This document shows, one piece after another, positions 19,497 through 29,600 of a stretch of 64,000 bases of DNA. The position numbers were made by a program, and so were the translations under genes. The DNA is from a virus (lineage: Duplodnaviria > Caudoviricetes). The notes under the pieces were generated by a model that was given only the letters and a program-made list of their open reading frames with translations, had not been told where the DNA came from and ran no database searches. Where the stretch lies: the IMG/VR virus record IMGVR_UViG_3300033067_001302, positions 1 through 64,000 of that record; one strand, written 5' to 3'. Position 1 is the first letter of the stretch; every line of letters starts with the position of its first letter.

Positions 19497-19675
19497 TCAA
19501 TTCTCCTTGGTCATTCCAACCCTCTTGAAAGGTAGGGGCTGGAAGAGTTAGCTTACATCAGCAAGATTTGGGATTTACCGCTCTGTTCACTTGGTTGCGT
19601 TTTTTAACATCGGCGAGAAGCGGCACTCACTGCCATCGGTAAGAGGTAAGTACCTCTCGAGCTGGTGAACTTCCT

Positions 19676-20725
19676 TTATCCGATATTCGAATTTTGAACC
19701 GAGTGGATCAATGCCACTTGCATGTCATAAACAAGGGCATCGTAGTTGATGCTGCTCACAATCTTGGAATTCAGCAGGGATTTGATGAATTCCATCTTGT
19801 TGCAGGTGGGAGAGAAGTTCTCTACAGCGAAGTCAATCTTCTTCATCTGCTCGTAGGACATAGTCGACTCTGTGAGAAACATCAGTTGCCAGTTCCTCCA
19901 AATCATGTCCCCGCAGGAAGCGACGGAACCGTAAGCCTTGAGGGCCTTCTTTTCCATTGACTTGGTCTTGGCAACCTCAACAAGCTCCTGGACGCTTCGG
20001 TCTTTCTCGTTGTCCAGGAGTTCAGGGAAGAGTTTCAAAGCCGTCTTGAAACCAAGTCCTGGGACTCCAGGGATGTTGTCCGAGTCGTCTCCTGTAAGAG
20101 TCCTTACCAAGGCATAGTTCCGAGCCGGGATGTTCACAAATTCATCCTTCCCAACCTTCACCTTCACGATGGGACCACCATGGAGTGATTTGTCCGCAGG
20201 GTTGTAGAGTTGAACATTTGGATCATCCAGGAGTTGGTAGAAATCCCTGTCGGAGGACACAATGACTTTCATTGCGTCGACCGATTTCAGCTTGTTTTGG
20301 ATCAGGTAGGCGATCACATCGTCGCATTCGGTATCTGCAACGTAAAGTTGACACACAGGGAGGTGCTTGAGAGCAGCCACAAGGTTCTTGGTCTGCGTCA
20401 ACTTGTTCTCCTTGTCGTCCTTGATCCACTTCTTCGAAGGGACTCCATTGGGAGGAAGACCAATGGCCTTGAACTCCGAGCTCACCTTCATCCGGTTGGC
20501 TTTGTACTCAGGGAAAATCTTCCTTCTCCTGGGACATCCCCCGCCTTGCTCCCAAACGACGTATAGGCGCACTGGGTTGAACTGTTGGGTGAGAGAGTGC
20601 AGAGCCTTGATGAACCCAACAACTCCCCCGCATGGGTCCCCTACGGTCGTTACGGCGTCATTCGCCATGAAGTGCCTCACGAAGATGTTCATAGAATCGA
20701 CTATTAAGATTGGCCTTTCGTTCAT
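19676..20725 (-). CDS. 5'-3' exonuclease / T4 RNase H-like
   Basis: ILIVDSMN, RKIFPEYKANR, ECDDVI, SSDRDFYQL, GDDSDNIPGV. The ATG at 20725 overlaps the HNH stop (TAATG). Confidence 0.93.
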   Translation of the reverse strand: MNERPILIVDSMNIFVRHFMANDAVTTVGDPCGGVVGFIKALHSLTQQFNPVRLYVVWEQGGGCPRRRKIFPEYKANRMKVSSEFKAIGLPPNGVPSKKWIKDDKENKLTQTKNLVAALKHLPVCQLYVADTECDDVIAYLIQNKLKSVDAMKVIVSSDRDFYQLLDDPNVQLYNPADKSLHGGPIVKVKVGKDEFVNIPARNYALVRTLTGDDSDNIPGVPGLGFKTALKLFPELLDNEKDRSVQELVEVAKTKSMEKKALKAYGSVASCGDMIWRNWQLMFLTESTMSYEQMKKIDFAVENFSPTCNKMEFIKSLLNSKIVSSINYDALVYDMQVALIHSVQNSNIG

Positions 20726-21393
20726 TAATTTACCTTCTTTGCAAAAGTGTCTGTCTTGCGATGGCAGTCGTCGCATAGAGTTCGTCCATTGTCAAACTCC
20801 CACAACTCACAGCATTCCAAAGCATCCTCCAATGTTTTCACTGAATTCTCCTTGAGAATCAAGGCGAACTGTTTAATGTGGTCCGCATTAAGAGTTCCAC
20901 CCCGATGATTGCAGAACTTGCAGGTGTAGTTGTCTCGTTCAAACACCTTCTTCCTCCAGTCTTGCATTTTCACACAATCACGAATTTGCTTGTAAAGAGG
21001 AGATTTTCGTTGCTCGGGCGGCAACCATCGAGGGTGATTTGGTCCAATGTACTTGCCACCCCACATACCATTTTTCGCAACAGACATCCTGCGCTTGGTT
21101 TCTTCGGAGAAGACAATACCTTTTCGCTTTTCACTCATCAAAGCCGCATGTTCTGGGCGCACTTTACCAAAAAATGGATGATTTACTCCACTTTTGGCTT
21201 TTGCTTGCTTTTCCTTTGTTCGAGCAGTATGCTTCGTTGATAAACGAGCTTCAATTCCTGCCTTTTGAATCATATTGCACACAGTTTGTGCAGAACAGCC
21301 AAAGTGATGTGCAATCTCCTTCATTGACCACTGCTCGTCGATATACAGCCGACGCAGCTCTGGTTCTGGAATTATGATTCGCTTCTTCGCCAT
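20725..21393 (-). mobile_element. HNH homing endonuclease with NUMOD3-like repeats
   Basis: WRKKVFERDNYTCKFC...LNADHIK...NGRTLCDDCH. ATAGTTA lies 5 nt upstream. Confidence 0.9.
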
Positions 21394-21401
21394 TGCACTA
21401 A

Positions 21402-21458
21402 CTATGCTCTGACGAAGAGGTTGTATCCATCAATGATAAGGATTGGTCGTTCTTGCAT
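21402..21458 (-). pseudogene. displaced 5' remnant of the 5'-3' exonuclease gene (18 aa)
   Basis: MQERPILIIDGYNLFVRA* versus the working start MNERPILIVDSMNIFVRH: 12/18 identical. Confidence 0.9.
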
Positions 21459-21502
21459 GGAGTTACCTATGCAAGAACTCTCTCACATCTCGCGGTATTT
21501 TT

Positions 21503-22006
21503 TTACCGACCCGTCGAACCAAATCCACCATCCCCACGGGAGGTGTCTTCGACTTCTTCGACTTCAGTCAAGTTAACAGTCCCGATGGAGCTGCGCGTGG
21601 CAATCACCTGGATCACAACCTGAGCAATGCGGTCTCCAGCCTTGAAGGCAATCGGGCATGGATCAAGGTAGTAGCCACCCCAAGAGTCCCTTTCCAACTT
21701 TGGGGGATTGCCATTGTGGAGCAAAACTCCAATCTCTCCTCGGTACGTCTGGTCCACAATGCCACCGATTGGGAAAACTCCCTTCTTGGCAAGACCGCTT
21801 CGACCGAGGATTTGAAGGAAAACATCCTTGAGTTGGGTGTTTGAGACCGAGGCAAGTTTCAAGCCGGTTTTCACCAACAGGGTTTCCCCGGCCTTCAACT
21901 CAAAATCCTCGACGCAATAGAGGTCAAAACCCGCATCCCCAGGGTTGGCTTGGGTTGGGAGCTGAGCGCTTGGGTGGACCTTCTTGAAGCTGATGTTAAT
22001 GCTCAT
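21503..22006 (-). CDS. dut: trimeric dUTPase
   Basis: DAGFDL, RSGLA, GIVDQTYRGE, RIAQ, RGDGGFGSTG. Confidence 0.97.
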   Translation of the reverse strand: MSINISFKKVHPSAQLPTQANPGDAGFDLYCVEDFELKAGETLLVKTGLKLASVSNTQLKDVFLQILGRSGLAKKGVFPIGGIVDQTYRGEIGVLLHNGNPPKLERDSWGGYYLDPCPIAFKAGDRIAQVVIQVIATRSSIGTVNLTEVEEVEDTSRGDGGFGSTGR

Positions 22007-23229
22007 TCGTCGTCTTCCTGCTTTCGCATTTCCTCGTAGGAGTTGGCGTCAACACCCTTGAACGATGGATGCTGGGTATCCTCTCCAGCAACAAGGGCAG
22101 TGGCGCAGAGAGCGTCAACATACTCCTTGTACTCGGGGACATTCAACACCGAAGAACGGAAATCGTCCTTGTAGAACTTCACCTCATGGATAATCTCTCC
22201 GTCCGAGGCATTCACAACGGAGAAGGTCTTCCAGGCTTGAGCGCCTTCAATCTTCAAGCGCTTCCCGTTGTAGATCACGGGGCCGTTAGCCTCACAGAAC
22301 TGCCTGAGAGAGTCAAAGAGTGGCCCATCGTCAACAACTCCCTTTCCGAAGAGGATCGAGAGCTCAGCGGCACGGAAAGGTGGGGCAACCTTGTTCTTGA
22401 TGACCTTCACCTCGACGTTGATGCCGTAAACCTTATCCTTTTCTCCCTTGATAGGCTGACCCGTCATCACACGAAGTCGAACAGAGCAAGCGTAGGGGAT
22501 GGCAGAGCCACCTGGAGTCGTGGTTGGGTCACCGTACATGACGCCAATCTTCATGCGCTGCTGGTTGATGATCAAGAGAACCACCTTCTCGCTGGCAATG
22601 ATATTGCTGATCTTCCGCATACCCTTGGAGAGCACACGGGCCTGGAGACCGATGGAGTTATCTGTGTACTCTCCTTCAAGCTCGGCCTTTGGGGAGGTGG
22701 CAGCAACAGAGTCCCAAATGATCAACATTGGAACGTTCTTGTTGAGGGCACGAGACTTGAGAATGGCCATTTCAATGAACTTGAAGACCTCCTCCGTGCA
22801 GTTGTTCTGAATGAACACGAAGTTCTTCTTCACGTCCAATCCAAGCGACCGGAGGTTCTCAGGAGAGGTTGCATTTTCCGTGTCGATGTAGACCACAATA
22901 CCGCCCATTTCTTGGCAGCTCTTTGCAGCCTGGAATGCAAGGTGGCTCTTTCCACAAGATGGAGGGCCTTGGATCTCAATAATCCTTCCTTCTGGGAAAC
23001 CACCACCAGGGCGGTTCGAGATGGCATAGTCCAAGAGGACAGAGCCGGTGCTCACCCAACGCTTGATGTTCGTTGGTGCGGAAACATCACCGAGATTCCA
23101 AGCAACTTGCTCCTTTGCCTCTCGGTTGATCTGCTTGATCAATTCCGAGGAGTAATCATCGGCGTTGTCCATTGTTGTTGCGGCTGCGGTTGCTGGAGTC
23201 GATTCTTTCACTGTCTTTGCTTTTGCCAT
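22003..23229 (-). CDS. recA: RecA/UvsX-like recombinase
   Basis: GPPSCGKS, YIDTE, IWDSVAA, INQQR, TTPGGSA, KNKVAPPFR. Confidence 0.95.
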   Translation of the reverse strand: MAKAKTVKESTPATAAATTMDNADDYSSELIKQINREAKEQVAWNLGDVSAPTNIKRWVSTGSVLLDYAISNRPGGGFPEGRIIEIQGPPSCGKSHLAFQAAKSCQEMGGIVVYIDTENATSPENLRSLGLDVKKNFVFIQNNCTEEVFKFIEMAILKSRALNKNVPMLIIWDSVAATSPKAELEGEYTDNSIGLQARVLSKGMRKISNIIASEKVVLLIINQQRMKIGVMYGDPTTTPGGSAIPYACSVRLRVMTGQPIKGEKDKVYGINVEVKVIKNKVAPPFRAAELSILFGKGVVDDGPLFDSLRQFCEANGPVIYNGKRLKIEGAQAWKTFSVVNASDGEIIHEVKFYKDDFRSSVLNVPEYKEYVDALCATALVAGEDTQHPSFKGVDANSYEEMRKQEDDE

Positions 23230-23287
23230 TGCTTTGCTTCCTTGATTCTGTGAGCTAATTTCTGGTCGGAACGAATACTTGAATTGC

Positions 23288-23614
23288 CTATTCGTCCACT
23301 TGTTCGCAAAAAACCAGGGTAACCGAGGACGGCGTGGCCTTCCACTTCCAACGAGCCGTGATCATTCCCTTGATCAAGGTTGCCTTCTTCACCATATCGG
23401 CAAAGCTGCTCCCATCCATCAAGTAGAAGCCATTTGTTGTAAGGTCCTTCAGATAGAACCTCTCGGCGTTGTAGCTGAGCACACCCATGCTGGCCTGAAA
23501 GGAATGCTCCGAGAGAGCGTGCTCCCGGACAACCTTCTTCTCAAAGCCCGATGGAATGGAGGCGTAGAAAATGCCGTCGACTGTCTCGAAAATCTTGCTT
23601 GGTTTGCTTGACAT
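23288..23614 (-). CDS. hypothetical protein
   Basis: 108-aa ORF with GGGGA SD. Confidence 0.65.
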   Translation of the reverse strand: MSSKPSKIFETVDGIFYASIPSGFEKKVVREHALSEHSFQASMGVLSYNAERFYLKDLTTNGFYLMDGSSFADMVKKATLIKGMITARWKWKATPSSVTLVFCEQVDE

Positions 23615-23633
23615 TTCTTTCCCCTAGAATGCC

Positions 23634-23671
23634 AAAAACCCCCACCAGTTTTCACCGATGAGGGTTTTTTT
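23634..23671 (-). terminator. intrinsic terminator after the SSB gene
   Basis: ACCCTCATCGGT-GAAA-ACTGGTGGGGGT followed by a T run; A/T runs on both sides. Confidence 0.85.
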
Positions 23672-23687
23672 CTGCCTTTTTTCTGTA

Positions 23688-24503
23688 TCAGAGGCCGTTG
23701 AACTGATCCTCAACCGACTTCAGGGCTTCATCGTCAGAGCCAACTTCTGCGTCGGCAGTTCCAGCGATGCTTCCTGCATCAATGTCGAGGTACTTGCGGA
23801 GCATCTGAGCAAGCTCGTCGTAGCCCTTGACTTGCTTCTTGAAGATTTCAGCAAAGTTCGGCACGGTGGCAACCAGCTTGTCAATCTCCTCTTGCGTTGC
23901 AGCAAGCTTCGAGGTCTTGCCACCAGGACGAACGTCAACGTCGTTCACAGGGTACGACTTGCCGGTTGTCTCATTCGTAAACGTCTTTCCGCTTGGGGAA
24001 ACCGTCAACTTGAAGTCACGACCAACCATTGGGTCGTTGAGCTGCTCCTCAGCGTACTCCTCATCAAGGAAGTTCGCATAGAACTTCTTGCAGAGATTGC
24101 GGCTCACCTCGTAAACCTGTACACCCTTCTCCTTCTCCTCACGAACGAGGATTGGAGCGTAGAAGCGAGGCTGAGGAAGGAGACCACGGATCGTGTTCCA
24201 GGCGTTCTTGTTTCCGCGATCCTTGTTGAGCTCGACAACAAGCTCTGCAACGGGATCGGGAAGACCGAACTGAGCAGGGGCAACAAGACGGAAAGGGCTC
24301 AACTTCTTGTTGTCGTAGTAGTTCAACTCGAAGAACGGCTGTCCGTCAAAGCTCGTTGGCATGCAACGGATGTTGAAAGTGCGTGCCTTTCCATCCTCGG
24401 TCAAGGTTGGCTTCCAAAACGGAAGCGAGGGACCCGCCTTCTTCTTCTTTTCACCGGAGAGCTCAGCGAACTTTTCTGCGAGTGCCTTGATGTTGATTGT
24501 CAT
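23688..24503 (-). CDS. single-stranded DNA-binding protein, T4 gp32-like
   Basis: FWKP...IRCMP...FGLPDPV...PRFYAPILVR...DPMVGRDFKL; acidic C-terminus. Confidence 0.8.
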   Translation of the reverse strand: MTINIKALAEKFAELSGEKKKKAGPSLPFWKPTLTEDGKARTFNIRCMPTSFDGQPFFELNYYDNKKLSPFRLVAPAQFGLPDPVAELVVELNKDRGNKNAWNTIRGLLPQPRFYAPILVREEKEKGVQVYEVSRNLCKKFYANFLDEEYAEEQLNDPMVGRDFKLTVSPSGKTFTNETTGKSYPVNDVDVRPGGKTSKLAATQEEIDKLVATVPNFAEIFKKQVKGYDELAQMLRKYLDIDAGSIAGTADAEVGSDDEALKSVEDQFNGL

Positions 24504-24586
24504 TTTGGGTTTTTCCTTTGGGTTTTACTTGGGTTGTGATTGGGTTGAAACTTGGGTTTTACTATTGGGACAGCCGTTTTGCTGTC
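24504..24586 (-). repeat. six phased (A)ACCCAA units plus an upstream hairpin in the SSB leader
   Basis: TTGGG on the + strand at 24505, 24518, 24529, 24540, 24552 and 24565; hairpin GACAGC-N6-GCTGTC at 24569..24586. Confidence 0.85.
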
Positions 24587-24670
24587 TTTCTAAGTATGGC
24601 CCAGGAGGGGTGAACTGTTAACCGCCGTGTACGATTTATCTCCAGTGAATTCGCACACTTATACGATTTT

Positions 24671-25300
24671 TCAAAGGGTGACCTTACTCTTGTCACGACC
24701 TTGGTGACAGGAGATTCCGATAGCTTGACGGAGCATGACAGCGAGGGTTGGCTCGTTGGTCATGGGCATATCAGGGTCGCGATTTGCTTGATCAAAGTTG
24801 TAGATCGCTGTGAACTCACCTTCGCTCAGCACAGCACCGGCTGCTTGAAGCTTGAAGAGGGAGAGCTGCGATACCTTCGTCGAACTGAATACAGGATTGA
24901 CCTCGTAGAAGATACCACGAGAGGCATGCCAGTCGGAATTTTTTGGAAGGTAATACTCGATGCCATCCTTCCCAGCTTTTCCGACATCATGGAAAAGGGA
25001 AACCACCACCATTTCCTCAATTGAAAGCTTGGTCTCAAAGCTCTTGTTCAGGATACTCATGTTCTTGAGCACCTTGAGGGAGTGCTCGACAAGTCCACCA
25101 GGGAAAGCTCCATGGTACTCTCGCCTTGTGGATGCAGGAGCCAACACAAGCTCCGGGGTATCCCCAAGGACTCTGAGAAGAGCTTCCTTTTTCTGAGATG
25201 AGGACTTAACGTTGTCGGCGACGAACTTCTCAAGCTTCTGGAAGTTGCTTACCGCTTTGTCGAACTCTGGTGTTGTCATGTCCGACAAGATAGCTGGCAA
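24671..25300 (-). CDS. HD-domain hydrolase
   Basis: APAS...YHGAFPGGLVEHSLKV...LFHDVGK. Confidence 0.85.
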   Translation of the reverse strand: MPAILSDMTTPEFDKAVSNFQKLEKFVADNVKSSSQKKEALLRVLGDTPELVLAPASTRREYHGAFPGGLVEHSLKVLKNMSILNKSFETKLSIEEMVVVSLFHDVGKAGKDGIEYYLPKNSDWHASRGIFYEVNPVFSSTKVSQLSLFKLQAAGAVLSEGEFTAIYNFDQANRDPDMPMTNEPTLAVMLRQAIGISCHQGRDKSKVTL

Positions 25301-25325
25301 GAAACTTCGATTTAACCGCTAGAAG

Positions 25326-26597
25326 CTAAAATCGTTCGGCCTTGAGAGGAAAGGTAAAGCCTGGGAAGAGGGGGATACCCTGAGAGCCAACTTTGCAAAG
25401 CTCGGGAAGCCTATCCTCCGCTTCCTCGTGTACGTCGAGCACAATCGAGTCGATCACAAGGAACAAGGGAATGATCATTGTATCCCCTTCAAGGGCTTCC
25501 AGGACCCTCTTGAAGCCGTAGAGAGCTACGTCCACAGCAGTGCTCTGGATGAAGTAGTTCAGGAGCATGTAGTCCTCGGCCTCTCTCGTGTCGACATGAC
25601 GACCAAAGTGACTCTTGATGAAGGTACGACCGGAAGCTTCATTCTCTTCCTTCAAGCGTTGACGCATTTTTTGCAACCCAAAAAAGTCATCGAGGAGCTC
25701 AATCAACCCATCGGCATCCCTAACTGAGTCCAGCTTGGAAACAACCGTCTCACGGCTTGCTCCGTAGAGCTGACTCAGGACAACTTCCTTCACTGTGTTC
25801 CTCGGGATTTCGGAAATACCCAATTTCTTGGAAATATGAGCATACAGGTCTTCCACAACTGTAGGTGAAGGTGCGAGTGGAGGATAACCAAGAAGAGAAG
25901 AAGAAGGGGGAATAGTAATAGTAGTAGAAGGATCTCCACCAAGAGCCAGGGCAACCCAGGGTTCAAGGGAGCGGTAGTCCAAGGAGATAATCTTCCCCTT
26001 CCTTCCGAACCTTGAGGTAAGCAGGGAACGCTTGTCCTTGGGGAGCGACAAAATCTTTGGACCAGAGACAACCTTGGTTCGTCCGGTCTTTGTTTCTCTT
26101 GAATAGACCACATCCTGAGCGAACCCAAGCTGGTCGGGTTCAAAGGACCGAATGATCTGAGTGGCGTGCTTGTCCTCCCCGAACACCTTCCAAGCTACCG
26201 GATCAATCTTTGCCGGTTGCAGGTGATCAAATACCTCCGAGGTAGCCTTGACGTGTGTCAGGTAATACTCCAAGTCCAGGGAAGAGAAGTTGTCGATGAG
26301 GTAGTCCCCCAACTCTCTCAGAGCCCCCAGGAAGACCGACTGAGGCATTGTAAGAGCCCAAGGTACCCTTGACACCTCCTGACCAGCCAAAGCCGTTTGA
26401 AGGGCCTTCTTGTGCGAAGCAGGTGGGAACTCTGGAGAGGTCAACCCATGAAGGTGAGCGATCTCCTCGAACTGCTGTGTCCCATAGACCAAGGGCGTAT
26501 CGGGGAGCTCCTTGACTTTCAGGATTTTCCGTGTATCAGATTGGCATACAAGGTGTTGAGAGAACCCAACGGCATCTTTGTGGATGTAAATGTCCAT
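25326..26597 (-). CDS. divergent family A DNA polymerase domain without an exonuclease domain
   Basis: TKTGR; motif A SLDYRSLEPWV; motif B RNTVKEVVLSQLYG; LNYFIQSTAVD; motif C LVIDSIV. Confidence 0.75.
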   Translation of the reverse strand: MDIYIHKDAVGFSQHLVCQSDTRKILKVKELPDTPLVYGTQQFEEIAHLHGLTSPEFPPASHKKALQTALAGQEVSRVPWALTMPQSVFLGALRELGDYLIDNFSSLDLEYYLTHVKATSEVFDHLQPAKIDPVAWKVFGEDKHATQIIRSFEPDQLGFAQDVVYSRETKTGRTKVVSGPKILSLPKDKRSLLTSRFGRKGKIISLDYRSLEPWVALALGGDPSTTITIPPSSSLLGYPPLAPSPTVVEDLYAHISKKLGISEIPRNTVKEVVLSQLYGASRETVVSKLDSVRDADGLIELLDDFFGLQKMRQRLKEENEASGRTFIKSHFGRHVDTREAEDYMLLNYFIQSTAVDVALYGFKRVLEALEGDTMIIPLFLVIDSIVLDVHEEAEDRLPELCKVGSQGIPLFPGFTFPLKAERF

Positions 26598-26636
26598 CCT
26601 GAGATGGTAACACAGGACTCAACTAGAATCCAGGGC

Positions 26637-29600
26637 TCATCTCAACCTTGTTGGTGCACCTGTTGGTTGACCTGTTGGGGTGTTGTTTGCGTTTGCTTGA
26701 ATATCGTTCAAGATCGTTTGGGCATTCTTGATCGTATCAATCAAGGAACGGTACTTGCCCCAGCCATCGTAAGGTGAGAACTTGGCATCGGTCGTAAAGA
26801 CTCCTGCCTCGATCCTGTGGGAGATACCTGTGACGTAGTAGAAGTTGTCGATGGTTGTTCCGGTCTTGAAGTCAACAAAGAACTTCGTACCGTACTCCAG
26901 GAGAGGGCAACCAAGGGAAGGAATGGAAAGATCACAAGGAATCACCTGGAGAGGAAGTCCTCCAGGAGATTCACCATTTGGTTCCAGGGGGTCTGAGTGA
27001 AAGGAACGAAGGAGGTTGACCGTGGAGAGCTGAGCGTTCTGTTGAGTTGAGAGAGCTGCGTTCTTCACAGCCGTGCCTTGTGCCCCAACAAGGATGTAAG
27101 GCGAGGTCTTCATCATGAATTCCCGCAACTTTGCTGGTCCGCCGTTAATTCTGTAAATTGGCGGATTGGAGTTGGGGATTTGGGTAATCAACCCAGCGTT
27201 TTGAGCAGCTTGGATGATGGAGTTGGCTTCCATTGCATGGGATTGAGAAACCCCAGGATTGCCTCCTTGTTGGGTTGGGACAGGACGGATGGACCTGAGT
27301 TCATCCTCTCGGTTTGCTTCCAGGAGAGCTGCTTGTGTGTCGTAGGAGGTTGTGTGCTTGTCGAAGATGTGCACGCGAAGGATGGATACTCCAGAAGCGG
27401 TATCGGAGTTTGCGCCTTCTGGCAAAGCTCTTGCTGTCCTTGGGATGCACTCAATGAAGTAATCAAGTTGTGGAAGCTTGAAGCTTCCATCTGGAGTTCC
27501 ATTTGGTCCGCTGAGGAGTTGCTCGATCCTGGTTTGGAGGGCAAGGGAATCCGTTGCCGTTGACTGAGCTTCTCCAGAACCAACAGCATTGTCACTTGGG
27601 GTGGTCCACCATGGTCTTCCAGTTCCGCTTGGATTCCTCAGACCGTAAGATGGGGCTGCTGGGTCTTCAATGATTGTGGAAGAGACAAAACTGAGGAAGT
27701 CCTGGAGGGTCATATCTCCAGCACGGGAGATGTTCTCCATCCTGTATCTTGTGTACTCCCTCAGAAAGTACCTTGTATCCACCTGGAAATTGGCGATATT
27801 CAGGGTTCTTGCGAATCCAGCATAGGAGTTGAATGGGTAAAAGATCAACTGAACGTCGTCGAACTTCCTGGAAAGAGCAAGTGGTTGTCCAACAAATGCA
27901 AGGAAAAGAGAACCAAGGGTGACAGAAGGCCGTACTCCAAGCGTCCTGAGCTCTTGGTCTGCTTGATTGATCTCCCTTGCTACATCGCCCGAATAGGAGA
28001 TATATCTGCGGCCCGCAGCACGCCCTTCCGGGTAGTTTGCGGTAGGGGTTGCTGAGAACGCCTCAACTCCACCCCTGGACAGCCTAGCGAGCTTCCTAGC
28101 GATGTTTGCTTGGATGGTGGAACGGAGCTGAGTTGTTTGGCCTCTTCGACCATCGGCACCATAAAGGTTATTCAAGGCCCCCAGGAGAGCTCTTGCGCTT
28201 GGGTTCTGTGTGTTCCTTAGAGCAGCTCGGAAGTTGGCAAGTTCAGTCCTGAGTTCTGGGGTCAAGAGGAGCTGGCCGTTGCTGTCGCTTGCTGCATCCA
28301 AGACCTGAACACCCCTTACCTCGCGGGTGCCAATGGAATTGGACTGGAATACCCTCCTGCGAAGTTCCCCAACTTGTTCAGTAAGGTTCCTAACCTGACG
28401 GATGATGTCAGAAACGCCGGTCTCGTCAGAGGAAATGGTCTCAGTCCTGAAGTCATTCGCCCCTCTCATTGCAAGAGAAAGAGAAATGATGGCTTGCCCA
28501 GCTTCATCAAACTGCATGGAGGTGTTGATGATCCCGTATTTCTCTTTGCACCTCATTCCGTTGAGGAGATTAGCGTACATGTTGTTCGCCGATGGCGGAT
28601 CGGGGTGACTCCAGCCGTATTCGATCAAGATTTCCGTATTTCCGTAAAGATCAGGACGAATGAAGTCTGCGACCTCAGCAAGACGCGACTTGTCATGGAG
28701 AACAAAGTCCATTTTAGCTGTCTTGAAGCACATGAAGCCAGTCGTCGGGACAATCTCGACTGTCAAGCTCTTGAAGGTCATCATCGGCCTGAACTTGTCC
28801 TGAATTGGCACACTTCTTCTGTCGGAGCCGTGAGCGCTCTGGCTCTTGTCCTCGTCGGCATTCACAAATGTTTGCGGAGCTGTGAAGACCTCCATCCCCA
28901 CTGCCGTGTATTCCTGCTGCCTTCCAACGGAGTTTGTTCCCTTGACAACAGACGAGTCAAGCAGGATGCGGCGAGTTCCATTTGCAACCTCCGCTCCATC
29001 AATGAACTTGATCAACCCAGGAGCTTGAATCCTTCCATCAGCATCCGTTGGTGGACGGCTAAATTGGAAGACGACTTCCAGGAATGGAACACACCTGGAA
29101 ATCTCAATGCTTGGCAGGGCATTCATGAAGATGGTAACCGCGTTCACATTCCTGTGAATTGGGAGAACCCGAACGTTGTTCACCATGATCGCAGACAAGG
29201 AAGGGGAAATATCCCTGTTTGGGTGGGACCTGTCGGAGTTGATGGTTGTGGAGCCAAGAATGGCCTGAACGGAATCTTCTGGCCTATTTGTGGAGCCTTT
29301 GATCACACCGGAGCCCTCACCGGCAGCACGGTTTCCAGCACCATCCCCAGGGCCAAATACCACCTTGACCGACTTGTTCAATGACTCGATGACATTTTGG
29401 ATGTTCTGAGCTCCACCACCTTCCAAGAGCAAGCGGTTGATGTTGTCAACAATGTCCTGGCTCGTGTATCCACCGGTTGAGGTGTCAATCAGCACCTCAA
29501 TCATCTTGGTGATCCACTCTGGTGGCGGTGGAATTTCAAAGGAGGAATTAGTATCCTGCCCTTGGATCTGGGAGAGAGCAATAGAGCCCGCAAGATCCCT

